From NCBI GenBank assembly GCA_013239625.1, contig MU054764.1, positions 147,983 to 211,982 on the forward strand: a stretch of DNA of 64,000 nt, in the 5' to 3' direction. This DNA comes from Lama guanicoe (taxonomy: Eukaryota). The notes under the pieces were generated by a model. It did no database searches and was not told where the DNA came from. It saw nothing but the letters and a program-made list of their open reading frames with translations. A program made the translations under genes and the position numbers. Position 1 is the stretch's first letter, and every line of letters starts with the position of its first letter. This document shows, in pieces, positions 11,421-23,400 of the stretch.

Positions 11421-14400
11421 TGGGAGCCAGAGTCTGCAGGGCCGGAGCCTAGCAGATGGGGGTGTCTAGTGCTAGGGGCGGGTGTCCAGGGTCTGGTGGC
11501 CGCAGCTTACCGACCCCGGCGCCTAGTGATCCAGCTTCGTGGGGAAAGGAAGGGGCGGGTTGGGAGGGTGGGGACTGCAGGGCCTGGTGACAGGGGTTGT
11601 CCTAAGGAGGGTGGCCAGGGTCTGTTGGGGACCTGGTGACCCAGCTTGGTGGGGAAGGGAGGGGTCGGAGTGGGAGGGGTCTGCTGAGCCAGCCGGGTTC
11701 TAGTGACTGGGGGGCCCAGGGGCCTAGTGGGGGTGGGGCTTACTAATGGGGCCTAGCGAAAGGGGCTGAGGTCCAGGGTCTCAGCCTAGAGGCCTCTAGT
11801 GACCGGGGCGGGGCTCTGCAGGGCTGAGGCCTGAGGGGATGAGCGGGCAGGACCCGAGTGGCCAGAGTCCAGGTATGTGGCTCAGATGAAGGAGGAGTCT
11901 CTGTGACCTGCGGCCCAGGGTCTTCCGGCCAGGGCTGGGGACTTAGTGACCTGCTGGCTGGGGTGTGTGGAGCTCCCAAGCCCCTGAGCTCCGTCCATCC
12001 TGGAGCTGAGAGGGAGGGAGGGGACAGCGCCAAAGTGAAGGGGATGTGGTCCTAACGGGGAGGCCCTGTCTGGGGGCGGGGGTATACTAGAGTTGGTGGG
12101 AGGGACAGAGCCCAGGTGGCCCTGCCTGGGTCTGGGGAGTGGGCTGGGGTGGGGGTAGGTACAGTGTGAAGGGTGCTGTCTGTACCTCCAGCGGGAAGGC
12201 TGGCAGTGGGGAGTTGTGTCTGGTGGGGGAAGGATGAGGGACAGGGGAGTTGAAGAGGCCCTGCCTGGACGAGGTGGGGGAGAGAGAGGGGTACAGAGTG
12301 AAGAGTGCTATCCGTACCTCCAGTGCGAGGCCGGGGGGTTCAGAGCCCAGAGGGGCTCACAGCGCGGTCCAGGGGGAATTTGGATGCGGGAGGACCGTGA
12401 TGGAGGGAGATGGGGGAAGGGCTAGTGTGCAGGGAAGGTAAGAGCCAGCTGGGTGCCCTGTAGGGGTGCCAGCCATGGGGATGGGCAGTTTTACCCATTC
12501 TTGTCCCCACCCGACTTTGAATGTTACTGTCTGTGACCCGCCTCCCGCAGGGGCTGCCTGTTTACATGTGTGGGGGACCTTAAAGCAGCTACATCTCCCC
12601 TCATGCAGCCATCGTTTGTGGCACTTTGGTGGCATTTCCTGCAAGTGCTGTGAGTTCAGTAGTTTGACCCCTGTGGGGGCCAGGTGCCGGCCTTTGGGAC
12701 TCCCTGGGAGCCCTTTGACCTTTGGGGCTGCAGATCCCAGCGTTCCAATCAATACCGCCCTGCTGGCCTCCGTGTGGCTGCCGCCTGCGCAGGGGTCTTC
12801 CCGCCAGGGACCCCGGCCCTGATTAGTCCCGCTCCCCCGCAGACCGGTTGGCACTGACCAGCTGGCACCTGGTCAGTGTCCAGTGCATAGACGAGGTAGG
12901 CGAGGGAGGCGGCTGGGCGTGGGCAAGGCCCCAATGACTGCAGACCTTGCGTGTGCTGGTCAGCGTTCTTGGGGGTCCTCCGACAAGCCCTCAAGACCCC
13001 TTTTGTCTTGTTCCAGGGCCTCAGGTTCGAGGTGGTCCCTTCCAGGTTCAAAGAGAAGCTGTGTAAGGCCTCATTCCCCACCCCCTCCGCATACGCCGTG
13101 GAAACAGCCAAGCAGAAGGCCCTGGAGGTGGCCAGGAGGATGCACCAGGCAAGGCTTCCCGCTTCGGATTCTCTCAGGCTCTGCTGCTGGGAGCACGTGT
13201 GCCGATTTTCAGTGTCCACGTTCTAAAGAAACGCCGCTTACAGCAGGCGGATAACGCAGCTTACCTGTGGCTGTGGTCCCCCGTCATTCACGTGACGCTG
13301 CCATCCATAGAACACAGTTTGTCTGTTGCTTTGCCAAGATGTCATATACCGTTGTGATTCATGTAATAATACCACTTACCGTACAAACAATTGGTGTGCT
13401 TTATCTGTTACTCTGTTACTGTGTGATTTGTACAAGAGCATCGTGTGTGATGTGGAAGTCATGTAGTTTATCGCTACGTTTTACTATGTAGATGCTACCG
13501 TAATTAACGTAATAGCTTCATTTATGGTATAGAATTCATGCAGCTTTTCTGTTACTGAGTGTTAGGATGTGATGTACTGTTGCATTTAACGTAACAGCAT
13601 CGTTCATGATCCAGAACTGTGGCCTCTGCATTACTATATAATGTACTGTTACAATTAATGTAACTGTATCATTTATGATGTAGAATTAAGGGACCTTAGC
13701 TATTACCAGGTGTTACTGTATAATATGCTATTGCAATGAATGTAACAGTATTATTTTTGATACAGAATTAGGGCACTTATCTCTTAGTGGGTGTTACATA
13801 TAACATACTCTTGTGGCTAATATAAACCATCATGTGCGATATAGAATTAAGGTACCTTATCCAGGGCTGTGTGTTCCTATATAATACATTCTTGTAATGA
13901 ACAGAGTAGTGTCGTTTATAACAGAGAAGTTCATATATAACGCATGTGTGATTGCTACGCAACACGTTGTTGTATTGTGTCACCATAGGACATACGTTTG
14001 TAATAACATGGTAGTGCTACTTAAGGCATAGAATTAAGGCGGCTTGTTTATTCCTACGTGTTATAGTGGTACCCTGTTGCCATTAGCATAACATAACAAA
14101 CACATGGTAGTCAATGCTATGAGAAGTATTGCTATAGATAAATGAACATTGCTGGACTGACTTTCAGCTGGCAAGGTTAGTACTGAAGGGCAGTCAGAGT
14201 TGAGGGTTGCGCGCACATTTCGCGTGAGCGTCGCGTGCTGAGGTTCTTCCTCGCTTGCTGTGCTGACACACCCAGATCTTGCTCTCCGAGCTGAGACTGC
14301 ATTCGTCAGCGAGCAGTGATGCTGTTCCACACGGCTCGTGGGACGAAAATGTTTGTGTGAGACACCCAGGGACTTCCTTTCTAATGCTGAGCCTGCATTT

Positions 14401-17400
14401 CTTGCAGAAAGACCTACGGGCCCCCGACGTTGTTATCGGAGCAGACACCATCGTGGTAAGTCTGCTTTCCGACCTCTGGTGTGGCTGGCGTGTCCTCGGT
14501 GACTGAAACGAAGGCGTTGGCAAGGCCGGCTCCTTCTGAAAGGTGTAGGAGTGAATCTTTCCCAGGCCTCTCTCCCTGCTTCGGGACGTTTGCCAGGAAT
14601 CGGGGCGTCCCTGGGCTTGTGGCCACATCACCCTGACTCTGCTGCCGTCTTCATGTGGCGTCTCTGTGTCCCAGTTTCCTTCTTCTTGTAAGGACCGCAG
14701 TCCTAATGGATTAGGGCCTACCTGCTCCAGCGCGACCTCATTTTACATCTGTTACGTCTGCAAAGACCCTGTTTCCAAATAATGTCTTGTTCGTTAGGCT
14801 GGGGGGTCAGGACTGGGTGCATCTTTGGAGAGGACAGAGTTCTGTCCTGGACATGGCCTCCGGCCACTGCGAGTTGTTTTTTGTTGGGAGGTCACGCTGG
14901 TCGGCAGCTCTGGTGACCGCCCTCCATCTGAGCCCCCTCCTGGCCTGATGGTGACCACCTCCCGGGGCTGGCGGGCTTGGTTGCTAAGGTACCACCACCG
15001 TGTCCAGGTGAGGGACCACTCATTTGGACACTGAAAGAGCCCAGGCTTCCTGTCGAGCACAGGAAACTGTATTCAATATCTTGTAATAACCTATAATGGA
15101 AAAGGATAGGAAAAATAATACATACATATGTATATATGTATAACTGAACCACTTTGCTGTCCACCTGAAACTAACACCACATGGTAAATCAACTATAAGT
15201 TCAAACAAAAAAGAAAACAGAAAGGAAGAGTCCAGGGTTGGCAAACAGCAGATGGGGTGAGCCCGGGGTCTGCCTTGCCCTCACGTGACACCCGTTGCCC
15301 GGGCAGCCCGGGTGCACGGGACGTGCACGTGTGCGGCTGAGAACACAGACGCCACTCCTGGGTCACGGTTAAGGGCGTCTCTACAGGGAAATAACAAGTG
15401 AGCAGTGCAGGTTCTCCAAAATGTTAAGCAAAGAATTATCATATGACCCAGCAGTTCTACTGTGGACTGAAGTGTGTCCCCCCCAATTCATATGTTGACC
15501 TGCTGATCCCCAGGATCTCAGAATGGGGCTGTGTTTGGAGACGGGGTCTTTAAGGAGGGGATGGAGGTAAAATGGGGTCACTAGAATGGGTCCCAATCCC
15601 ATAGGACTGGGCTTATAAGAAGAGGAGATGAGGACCTAGACACACACAGCGGGATGCCCATGTGAGGACACAGGGAGGAGACGGCCGTCCACACACCAAG
15701 GGGAGAGGGCTCAGGAGACACCAGCCCTGCTCACACCTTGTCTCAGATCCCAGCCTCCAGGCCTGGGGGACATGAAAGTGTGTTCTTTACGCCTCCTGTC
15801 TGTACTACTATGGGAGCCTGACCTANNNNNNNNNNNNNNNNNNNNNNNNNNNNNNNNNNNNNNNNNNNNNNNNNNNNNNNNNNNNNNNNNNNNNNNNNNN
15901 NNNNNNNNNNNNNNNNNNNNNNNNNNNNNNNNNNNNNNNNNNNNNNNNNNNNNNNNNNNNNGGAGAAACAGAATGGGGTGCATGCACACAGGGGAATATT
16001 ACTCAGCCAGGAAAAGGAGTGCAGCTCTGACATGGGCTGCAGCGTGGATGGACCCTATACATAGGATGGTCCGTGAGAGAAGGAGACACAGAAGGACACA
16101 CAGGGTGTGATTCCATTTGCAGGAAACGCCCAGAACAGGCAAATCCATAGACACAGAAAGTGGGTTCGTGGTTACCAGGGACTGGGCAGGGGGACAGGGA
16201 GTGACCATGCGTGGGGACAAGGTGTTCCAGATGATGAGAAAGTTCAGGTACTAGATCATGGTCATAGCTCAGCTCTGGGGACCTGCCACACGGTTCACTG
16301 TAAAATGGTGAACTTTATGTTACACGGATCTCAGCTAAATTTTAAAATGCAGAATCTGTCACGCGGATGGTGCAGTTTTCACAGACAATCTTAGGGGAGA
16401 AGTGACGCCGCCCCTCCCGTTTCTCCTGTAGACAATCGGGGGGCTGATCCTGGAGAAGCCGGTGGACAAACAGGACGCCTACCGCATGCTCTCAAGGTGG
16501 GTGGGGTCGGCCGTCCTCCTGGGAAACAGCCGTGCGGCAGAGAGAGGCTGGGCATCGTTGGGTCAGGGGAGGACTGTGTGTGACCTCCCCCGTCCCTCCC
16601 GCAGCCCCTGCTAGTTCAGATCAGAGGGCGGGACTGGTGCCCTTGAACGCATGCAGTGTTGGCTGCACCCTAACGGGGCTCGTGCCGGGGTCCACGTGTC
16701 CACGACCCACCTTCTGTGGTTCCCCCCATCGTCGTGCCTGCCTCCACCTGACTGCTTTCCCCAGGGGCCCCGGGAGCGCCTCTGAGCCCCTGTGATACGG
16801 AGGCGGGTCCTGTCCCTCTCAGCATCCTGGAACCTTGCCCACTGGGTGGACCACCCCCTTCCCCAACCTCAGGGTCTCTTACGGGGTCAGCCACACCCAG
16901 GCCACCAAACACAGAGTCCAGTCGAGAGCTGCCTGCATCTCCCCATATCCCAGCTGGACCTCAGGTCCTGCAATAAGGCCCCCGGGGGTCCCCCATCCCA
17001 GCCCTGCCCCAGCTTCGATAGCAGTGACTGCATTCCTGTGGGAACCTGCACTGGTCACTGTGGGAAGGTTTCCTCGGAGACCCGGTGGCCTGAGTGATGG
17101 GGGCTGAGGCTGCATGCTCGGTGGGAGGATGGGGGGGACATGCTGTGTCACCAGACCTCAGACAGCTGTGCGCTGGCCCCGCGTGTCTTGCAGGCTGAAC
17201 GGGAAAGAGCACAGCGTCTTCACGGGCGTGGTCATCGTCCACTGCAGCGACAGAGGTACCACGGCCAGTGCCATCCCCCTGCTCCCTGGGGGTGGGGCCA
17301 CCGCGGGAGGAGACCAGGGTCCTCGGTGACCCAGGCCTTCGGGGCAGCTCTGCTCCCACACGAGTCCTTCCTCTTGTCCTGCCTGGGAAAGCCAGGGTCC

Positions 17401-20400
17401 GACATGGAAGACTTGGGGTTCGCCCTGAGCATCCCGTGGGGGCTGGGGTGGGGCGGTCATGAACCCCCGTCCAGCGCAGTCTGTCCAGATGCTTCCTCTG
17501 AGGTGCTTTGGTCTGGAAGGTGCAGGAACTGGGCCCACCTTGGCGTGAGTCTACAAGGCCCTGATGAAAGGTGTTTAAAAAATGCACCAAAACCCTGAGG
17601 AATGATTTTCAAGGCTGCTGACAAGAGGTTTTAAGTCCAGAAAGGACCCTGAGGCTGAGTCTGAGCTCCTGGCCTCGGGGCCCCCGACCAGGTCCCACGA
17701 TGACCGACGGGCGGCTGAGCGTCTGTTTGCTGACTGTCTGGTTACCTTGACCCTCTCGGTCCACTGTCCTGGACTTCAGCCTGGGCTCTTGGGGGAGGAA
17801 GCACTTGCTGGAGATTCTTTCCTCGGGTGGCGTAAAACCACAGGCATCATCCTCCCCCGTCCTGGAGACCAGACGTCTGAGGTCAAGGTGTCCCAGGGCC
17901 GCGCTCCCTCCCGAGGCTCCAGGGGAGGGTCCCTCCTGCCTCTTCCAGCTTCTGGGGGCTCCAGGCGTCCGTCCTGGGCTGGTGGCCACCTCCCTCCCGT
18001 CTCTGCCTCCGTCTCCACGTGGCTTCTCCTTTATGTCTGTGTGTCTCCTTTTCTGAGGACACTGTCCTTGGATGCAGGGCCACCTCCTCCAGGAGGACCT
18101 CCTCTCCGGTCCTTCACGTCATCCCATCTGCAGAGACCCTGTTTCCAAAAAACTTCCCCGCCTGAGGTTTTGAGAGGACATGACGTTTGAGGGGTAGCCC
18201 TCACTGCAGGACAGCTGGGGTGGGGACCCCTCCCAGCGCGCCGTACGCAGAGCCACCGTGCCATGTGCTTGGGGCGTCTGCAGCCCCGCAGCTGCCCAGC
18301 GGAAAGCCTCGTGCAGACCCGGACTGGCTCTGTGATAGCTCCGCTCCACGAACTGTCGCACAAACCCGGCGGCCCCGTCTCCGAGTTCCTCTCCTGTTTG
18401 GCGACGTTGTGGGCTTGGTTCCTTTTTCTCTCTCTTTCTCCCTTGTCTAAAGTGAAGCCCCTGCCCCTATGAACGTTCCGGGCCTGAATCACACGTAAAG
18501 CTCAGGCAGGTTCCCCCCAAATGCAGCGGCTCAGCCCCGGGGACCGGGGCCCCAGCGCCGGGCGTGGACCCTCACCCGCGGGCCCTGTCCTTGCAGACGG
18601 CCGGCTGCACACCGAGGTCCTGGACTTCTACGAGGAGACCACAGTGAAGTTCTCGGAGCTGTCGGAGGAGCTGCTGTGGGAATACATCGACAGCGGGGAG
18701 CCCATGTGAGTGTCCGTCGGCAGCTGCGGGCGGGGACGCGCCAGGGACGTGGCTCGGCCTGCGCCCCGGGGCTGTGCTCCCAACGCTGTGACCGGTGCCC
18801 CAACGCAGTAGTGAAGGATGCTTTCCAGGGGACCCCCGTCCCGCAGGTGGCCCTCCCTGTGGGGTGTAGACAGGGCAGCCGGCCACTCTGGCGGGATGGC
18901 CGGCTCTCTCTCTAGAAGGCAGAGGTCATCATGAAATGTCACACTGACCACCCCAAGCGTGCCGGCTCCAGGCAGCAGTCTTGTCAAGGTCACCGTGTGG
19001 GGTGACCGGCTTTTTTGGGCTCGGCCCGTCCATTCTCCATCCTCACTGGGTCCACTCCCCACCCCCACTGGGGGCTGGCCCTTGGCTGGTGGCCTCGCCC
19101 ACGGGTCTGACGGTGCCTCGGGGACCAGCCTCCTATGTGTCCTCGTGCAGGGCCCTCACGGGGGGCCGGGCACCCACAGCAGCGCGGAGGTGGGCGCAGG
19201 TACCCCTGGGCTCCCGGGGCCGAGGGTCAGAGCGTGTGCTCTGCTGGTTGAAGCCCCCAGCTCCTAACGTCCTCCCACCAGGGGTTAGGACTCCACGTAG
19301 GAGTTGTGGGGGGCACAAGCACTCGGTCTGCCAGGCGGTGTCTTGTTCTATTTACCACGAGGGGGCCGGGCTCAGACGGGCGGTGCAGGGACCCAGGTCT
19401 CCGTGCTGGGGAAGGGCCAGCGGGGGCTGGGCTCTAGGCGGTGCCAGGAGGGTGGTGGGTCATGAACTGAGCTGAACTGTTGGGGGAATCTGATCGGGAC
19501 AACAAACCAAAACAAGGGATGGGGTCGGCCCCAGCATCTCTGCCACTGTAGCAGGACCCAGGGCCAAACCAGGGGACACGCGGGCTCCCCCGTCCCGTCT
19601 TCCCCCAGGACACGGTGCAGGTGCAGACGTGGGGGCCGTGGGGGGTCTCACTGCCTGGGGACCCCAGGTACCAGCTGGGGAGAGGGAGAGGTGGGGGGCC
19701 GGGCTGGAGAAGTTCAGGGTGGTCAGTTGGGGTGCAGGGAGGGTCCTCCCAGGCCGCTCCTCCCACTCTGTTCTTCAGCAGAGGTGCCCGGGGAAGACCT
19801 GGGCCAGGGCCTCCATGAAGAGGCCTCTGAGTGGGGCTCGGAGCCAGGAATCCAGGTGGCAGGAGGGCACGGCTGGGGCCTGGGTCCTTGACGGCAGCCC
19901 CCTCACCCCAGAGAGACTGCGGTGCACCAGGCCTGCTGGGGATGGGGGTGGGCACCTTCCCCGAGGGGCCCCCAGTGCCCCTCCCTCGTGCTGGCCGGTG
20001 GTTGGGATCACATAAGATCTGGGCCTGGAGCCAGACTCGTCAGCCTGCAGCCACCCAGGTTGGAGGAGACTGGGGTCCCTGCAAGGGGCCTGTCGCCCCG
20101 GCTGTAGGTCCGGGGACCGAGGAATGCCGACATCCCCTGTCTTCTCCCCCACCTCCCCGGCAGGGACAAGGCGGGGGGCTACGGCATCCAGGCCCTGGGC
20201 GGCATGCTGGTGGAGCACGTCCGCGGGGACTTCCTCAACGTGGTGGGCTTCCCGCTGAACCACTTCTGCAAGAAGCTGGCGCAGCTGTACTGCCCGCCCC
20301 GCCCCGGGGACGCGTGGGGGGCCGAGCGCGACTCCATCCCCGCCGTTGACACCTTCGAAGACCTGAGTGACGTGGAGGGCGGCGGGGGCTCGGACCCAGC

Positions 20401-23400
20401 TTGGGGCGACCGGGGCAGCTGTGGGGGCGAGGAGGCGGGCGCAGCCCCACCCCCGGCCCCGGGCCCTCGGGACGCGGATCTTAACGGGGCGGTGGAGGAG
20501 AAACGGCCCCCATTCCCCACTGGCCTCCTGGAGCTGATGGAGGGCTTCAAAGCATCAAAGGTACGTGTAAGTGTCAGGGTGGGGAAAGGGGGCTGGAACA
20601 CGGGACCCCAAGATGGGGGCTGAGAGCCACAGGAATTCATCGTCCCCTGTCCTGGAGACTGGACGTCTGAGGTCATTTGTCTGTCTGTCCCTCTGTCTGT
20701 CCGTCAGCTACTCACCTATCATGTCCTGCATCCATCACCTGCTTCTCTGTTATCATCACTCTGTGTCCATCCGTGCATCCATGTACCCGACATACATGTC
20801 TGTCGTTGGTCGGTATATACTGTTGCTACCTGTCTATCCACCTGTCACCTGTCCACGCATGAATCTGTAATCTGTGTCTTCCATCCCTCTTAATATCTGT
20901 CCCCTACCTGTATCTGTCTGCGGTCCATCCGTTCATGCCTCCGTTTCTTTTATCTGTCTACAGATCTGTCAGTTGTTTGTCTGTCTGTCATCTCTTGTCT
21001 GTGTCTAGCGTCTCTGTCATTATTGATCTGTCTTGTATCCATCTGTCTGCGTATTTAGCGATCGTGTATCTATCTGTATCTGTCTGTCAGCTGTGTGTGT
21101 TGTCAGCGTATGTACGTTGTTACCGTCAGTCTGCGTGGGTGTTATATGTCTACCCATCCGTCCGCCTACCCGTCTGTCGTCCGTACTTACCATGTCTATA
21201 TCCGTCTGTTATTATTAGCACCTCTCTCGTCTCCATCCCTTCATCCATCCGTCTCTGTCATTTGTGTCTCCCTCTGTCTGTCTGTCATCCGTCTGTCCAT
21301 CAGCCGTTTGTCTGTCATCTCCTGAATCCATCCCCTGTCCCTGCTTCTCTGTTACCATCACTGTGTCCATCTGTCTGTCCATCCATCCGTCATCTGCATC
21401 TCTGTGTGTCACCTGTGTCTCCATTTCTACGTGATCATTTATCTCTCATCTTCTGTCCATCCACCCTCTCACGCATTCATCTGTCTGTCTGTCCGTCACA
21501 TGTAGCTACATCTCCCTCTTTTATCATCTGTGTGGGCATCTGCTGTCCACGCATCTGTGCATCCACCCGGTTAGGACCGAGCTCTGCTTAGCAAGCTCTC
21601 CCAATGTCCGGGCGTGCCGCCCAGGCCGGGGGCTGTCGGGGGTCTAGGAGCACGTGTCACCCCCAGCAGGCCGGTCACGGTCGTTGTCGACGCAGCTCCG
21701 GTCGGGCCCTTTCCCAGACGGCCTCACCTGTCATGGCAGGTTCCTGCGTTACGAGGTTACGGGTGTCGCGCGAGGGCAGCGTGGAGAATCCATGCCCCGG
21801 AAGAGGCCCTGTCCCCACACACGGTCTCATGCTGAGGTCCTGGCATTCGGGGCCTCAGCACAGGAATCCTGGGGACACAGACCCCACGCCGCCCGTGACA
21901 GCAGGGTTTGTGTTCCAGCCCTCAGCTCAGTAGTCATCACTTTGGTCCCACCTTGAGCCAACCCTGTGCAGGCCGCAGCCCGCACCACTGTGCTCTGCAG
22001 ACGACGATTCGGTCCACGAGGGCCAGGCTGGGGACAGCGCTCACCGCCCGCTCCTGAGTCCGTGGCAGGGAAGCGTACCCGGTGAGTCACGCCACACATC
22101 TGACTGTAGTCCTTGCTCACGGACAGGCGCTGTTCACGGCATGCAAGCTCAACGTGTTTGACGTGTTGAGAGACCAGGGGCCCCTGAAGGCCGTGGATGT
22201 CGCCCGCAAGATCAACGCCTCCGTGCGCGGGACCGGGCGGCTGCTGGAAGCCTGCGCGGCCCTGGGCTTACTGCACAAGACGGACGCAGGTGAGGGGACC
22301 TCCTGGAGGGGCCTGGCCGGGCATCTCTGCAGGTGGACCCAAGGCACCGAGGGGCGGTGGCCTCCGGGTGCAGGCCGGGAGGGCAGACTGTCTGTCCCTC
22401 TGCCCCAGGAGCGTGGCTTTCCCCTAGAAGGTGACAAGCAGAGGATGGACAGAAGGGAGGAGACAGACGGCTGTGTGTGTGTGCGTGTGCCTGTGTGTGT
22501 GTGTGTGGAGAGAGATTTCTCTACAGGCCCTGGGCTCAGGGGGCGGTGTCAGTCCGGGTTCTGCAAGGACACAACTGGTAGGTACATACGTGTGTGCAAA
22601 GGAGATAGCTGTGTCCTCTTCCTTATTTGTCTGGACAGACAGATGGGGCAAATGGATGGATAGATACAGACTGANNNNNNNNNNNNNNNNNNNNNNNNNN
22701 NNNNNNNNNNNNNNNNNNNNNNNNNNNNNNNNNNNNNNNNNNNNNNNNNNNNNNNNNNNNNNNNNNNNNNNNNNNNNNNNNNNNNNNNNNNNNNNNNNNN
22801 NNNNNNNNNNNNNNNNNNNNNNNNNNNNNNNNNNNNNNNNNNNNNNNNNNNNNNNNNNNNNNNNNNNNNNNNNNNNNNNNNNNNNNNNNNNNNNNNNNNN
22901 NNNNNNNNNNNNGAAGTAGAGGACAGATGGGGAAAGCGGACAGATGGAGGGAGACACTGTGCGTTCCCTGAGTCTCACGGAACTCTTGAGCGGGCTCTCG
23001 GAGCTCTCGGGTGCTGTGGGTGGTCCCTGAGCAGATGGACAGGTTCACGGGCTCTGAAGACCCCAGAGCGGGAGAGACAGCTTTGCTTCTGTGCTAAGGA
23101 AAGCGGGGTGCTGGTAGAGGCCCCCCAAAGCTGCCCTTCATACAAGAAGCATATGAATACGTGCTTAGGGTTTGGGGTAAAGGGGCTTCCTCCCTGGCCA
23201 GCGCATTTTAGCAACATTCTCCTCGACTGAAAAATAATGACTGAACGTGCAGAGGGGCGCCCACGCCCAGACTTCCAGTCCCCGGGGCCTGGGGAGCATC
23301 CCGGAGCTGGTTGTGGCCGATGCCCTCCCTCCCTGCACGGCCCCCGCCTGGCCTGGAAGCTGTCCCTGCTCGTCCTCACGGAGGGAGGTGGGGGTGCTGC

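Noticed and set aside
10368-14140. Periodic repeats as a CRISPR-like array
   Set aside because: Eukaryotic context; units are degenerate along their whole length, with no constant repeat/unique spacer structure and no cas genes
20935-21591. 218-aa hydrophobic ORF
   Set aside because: Translation of the degenerate TCTG/TCCA simple repeat
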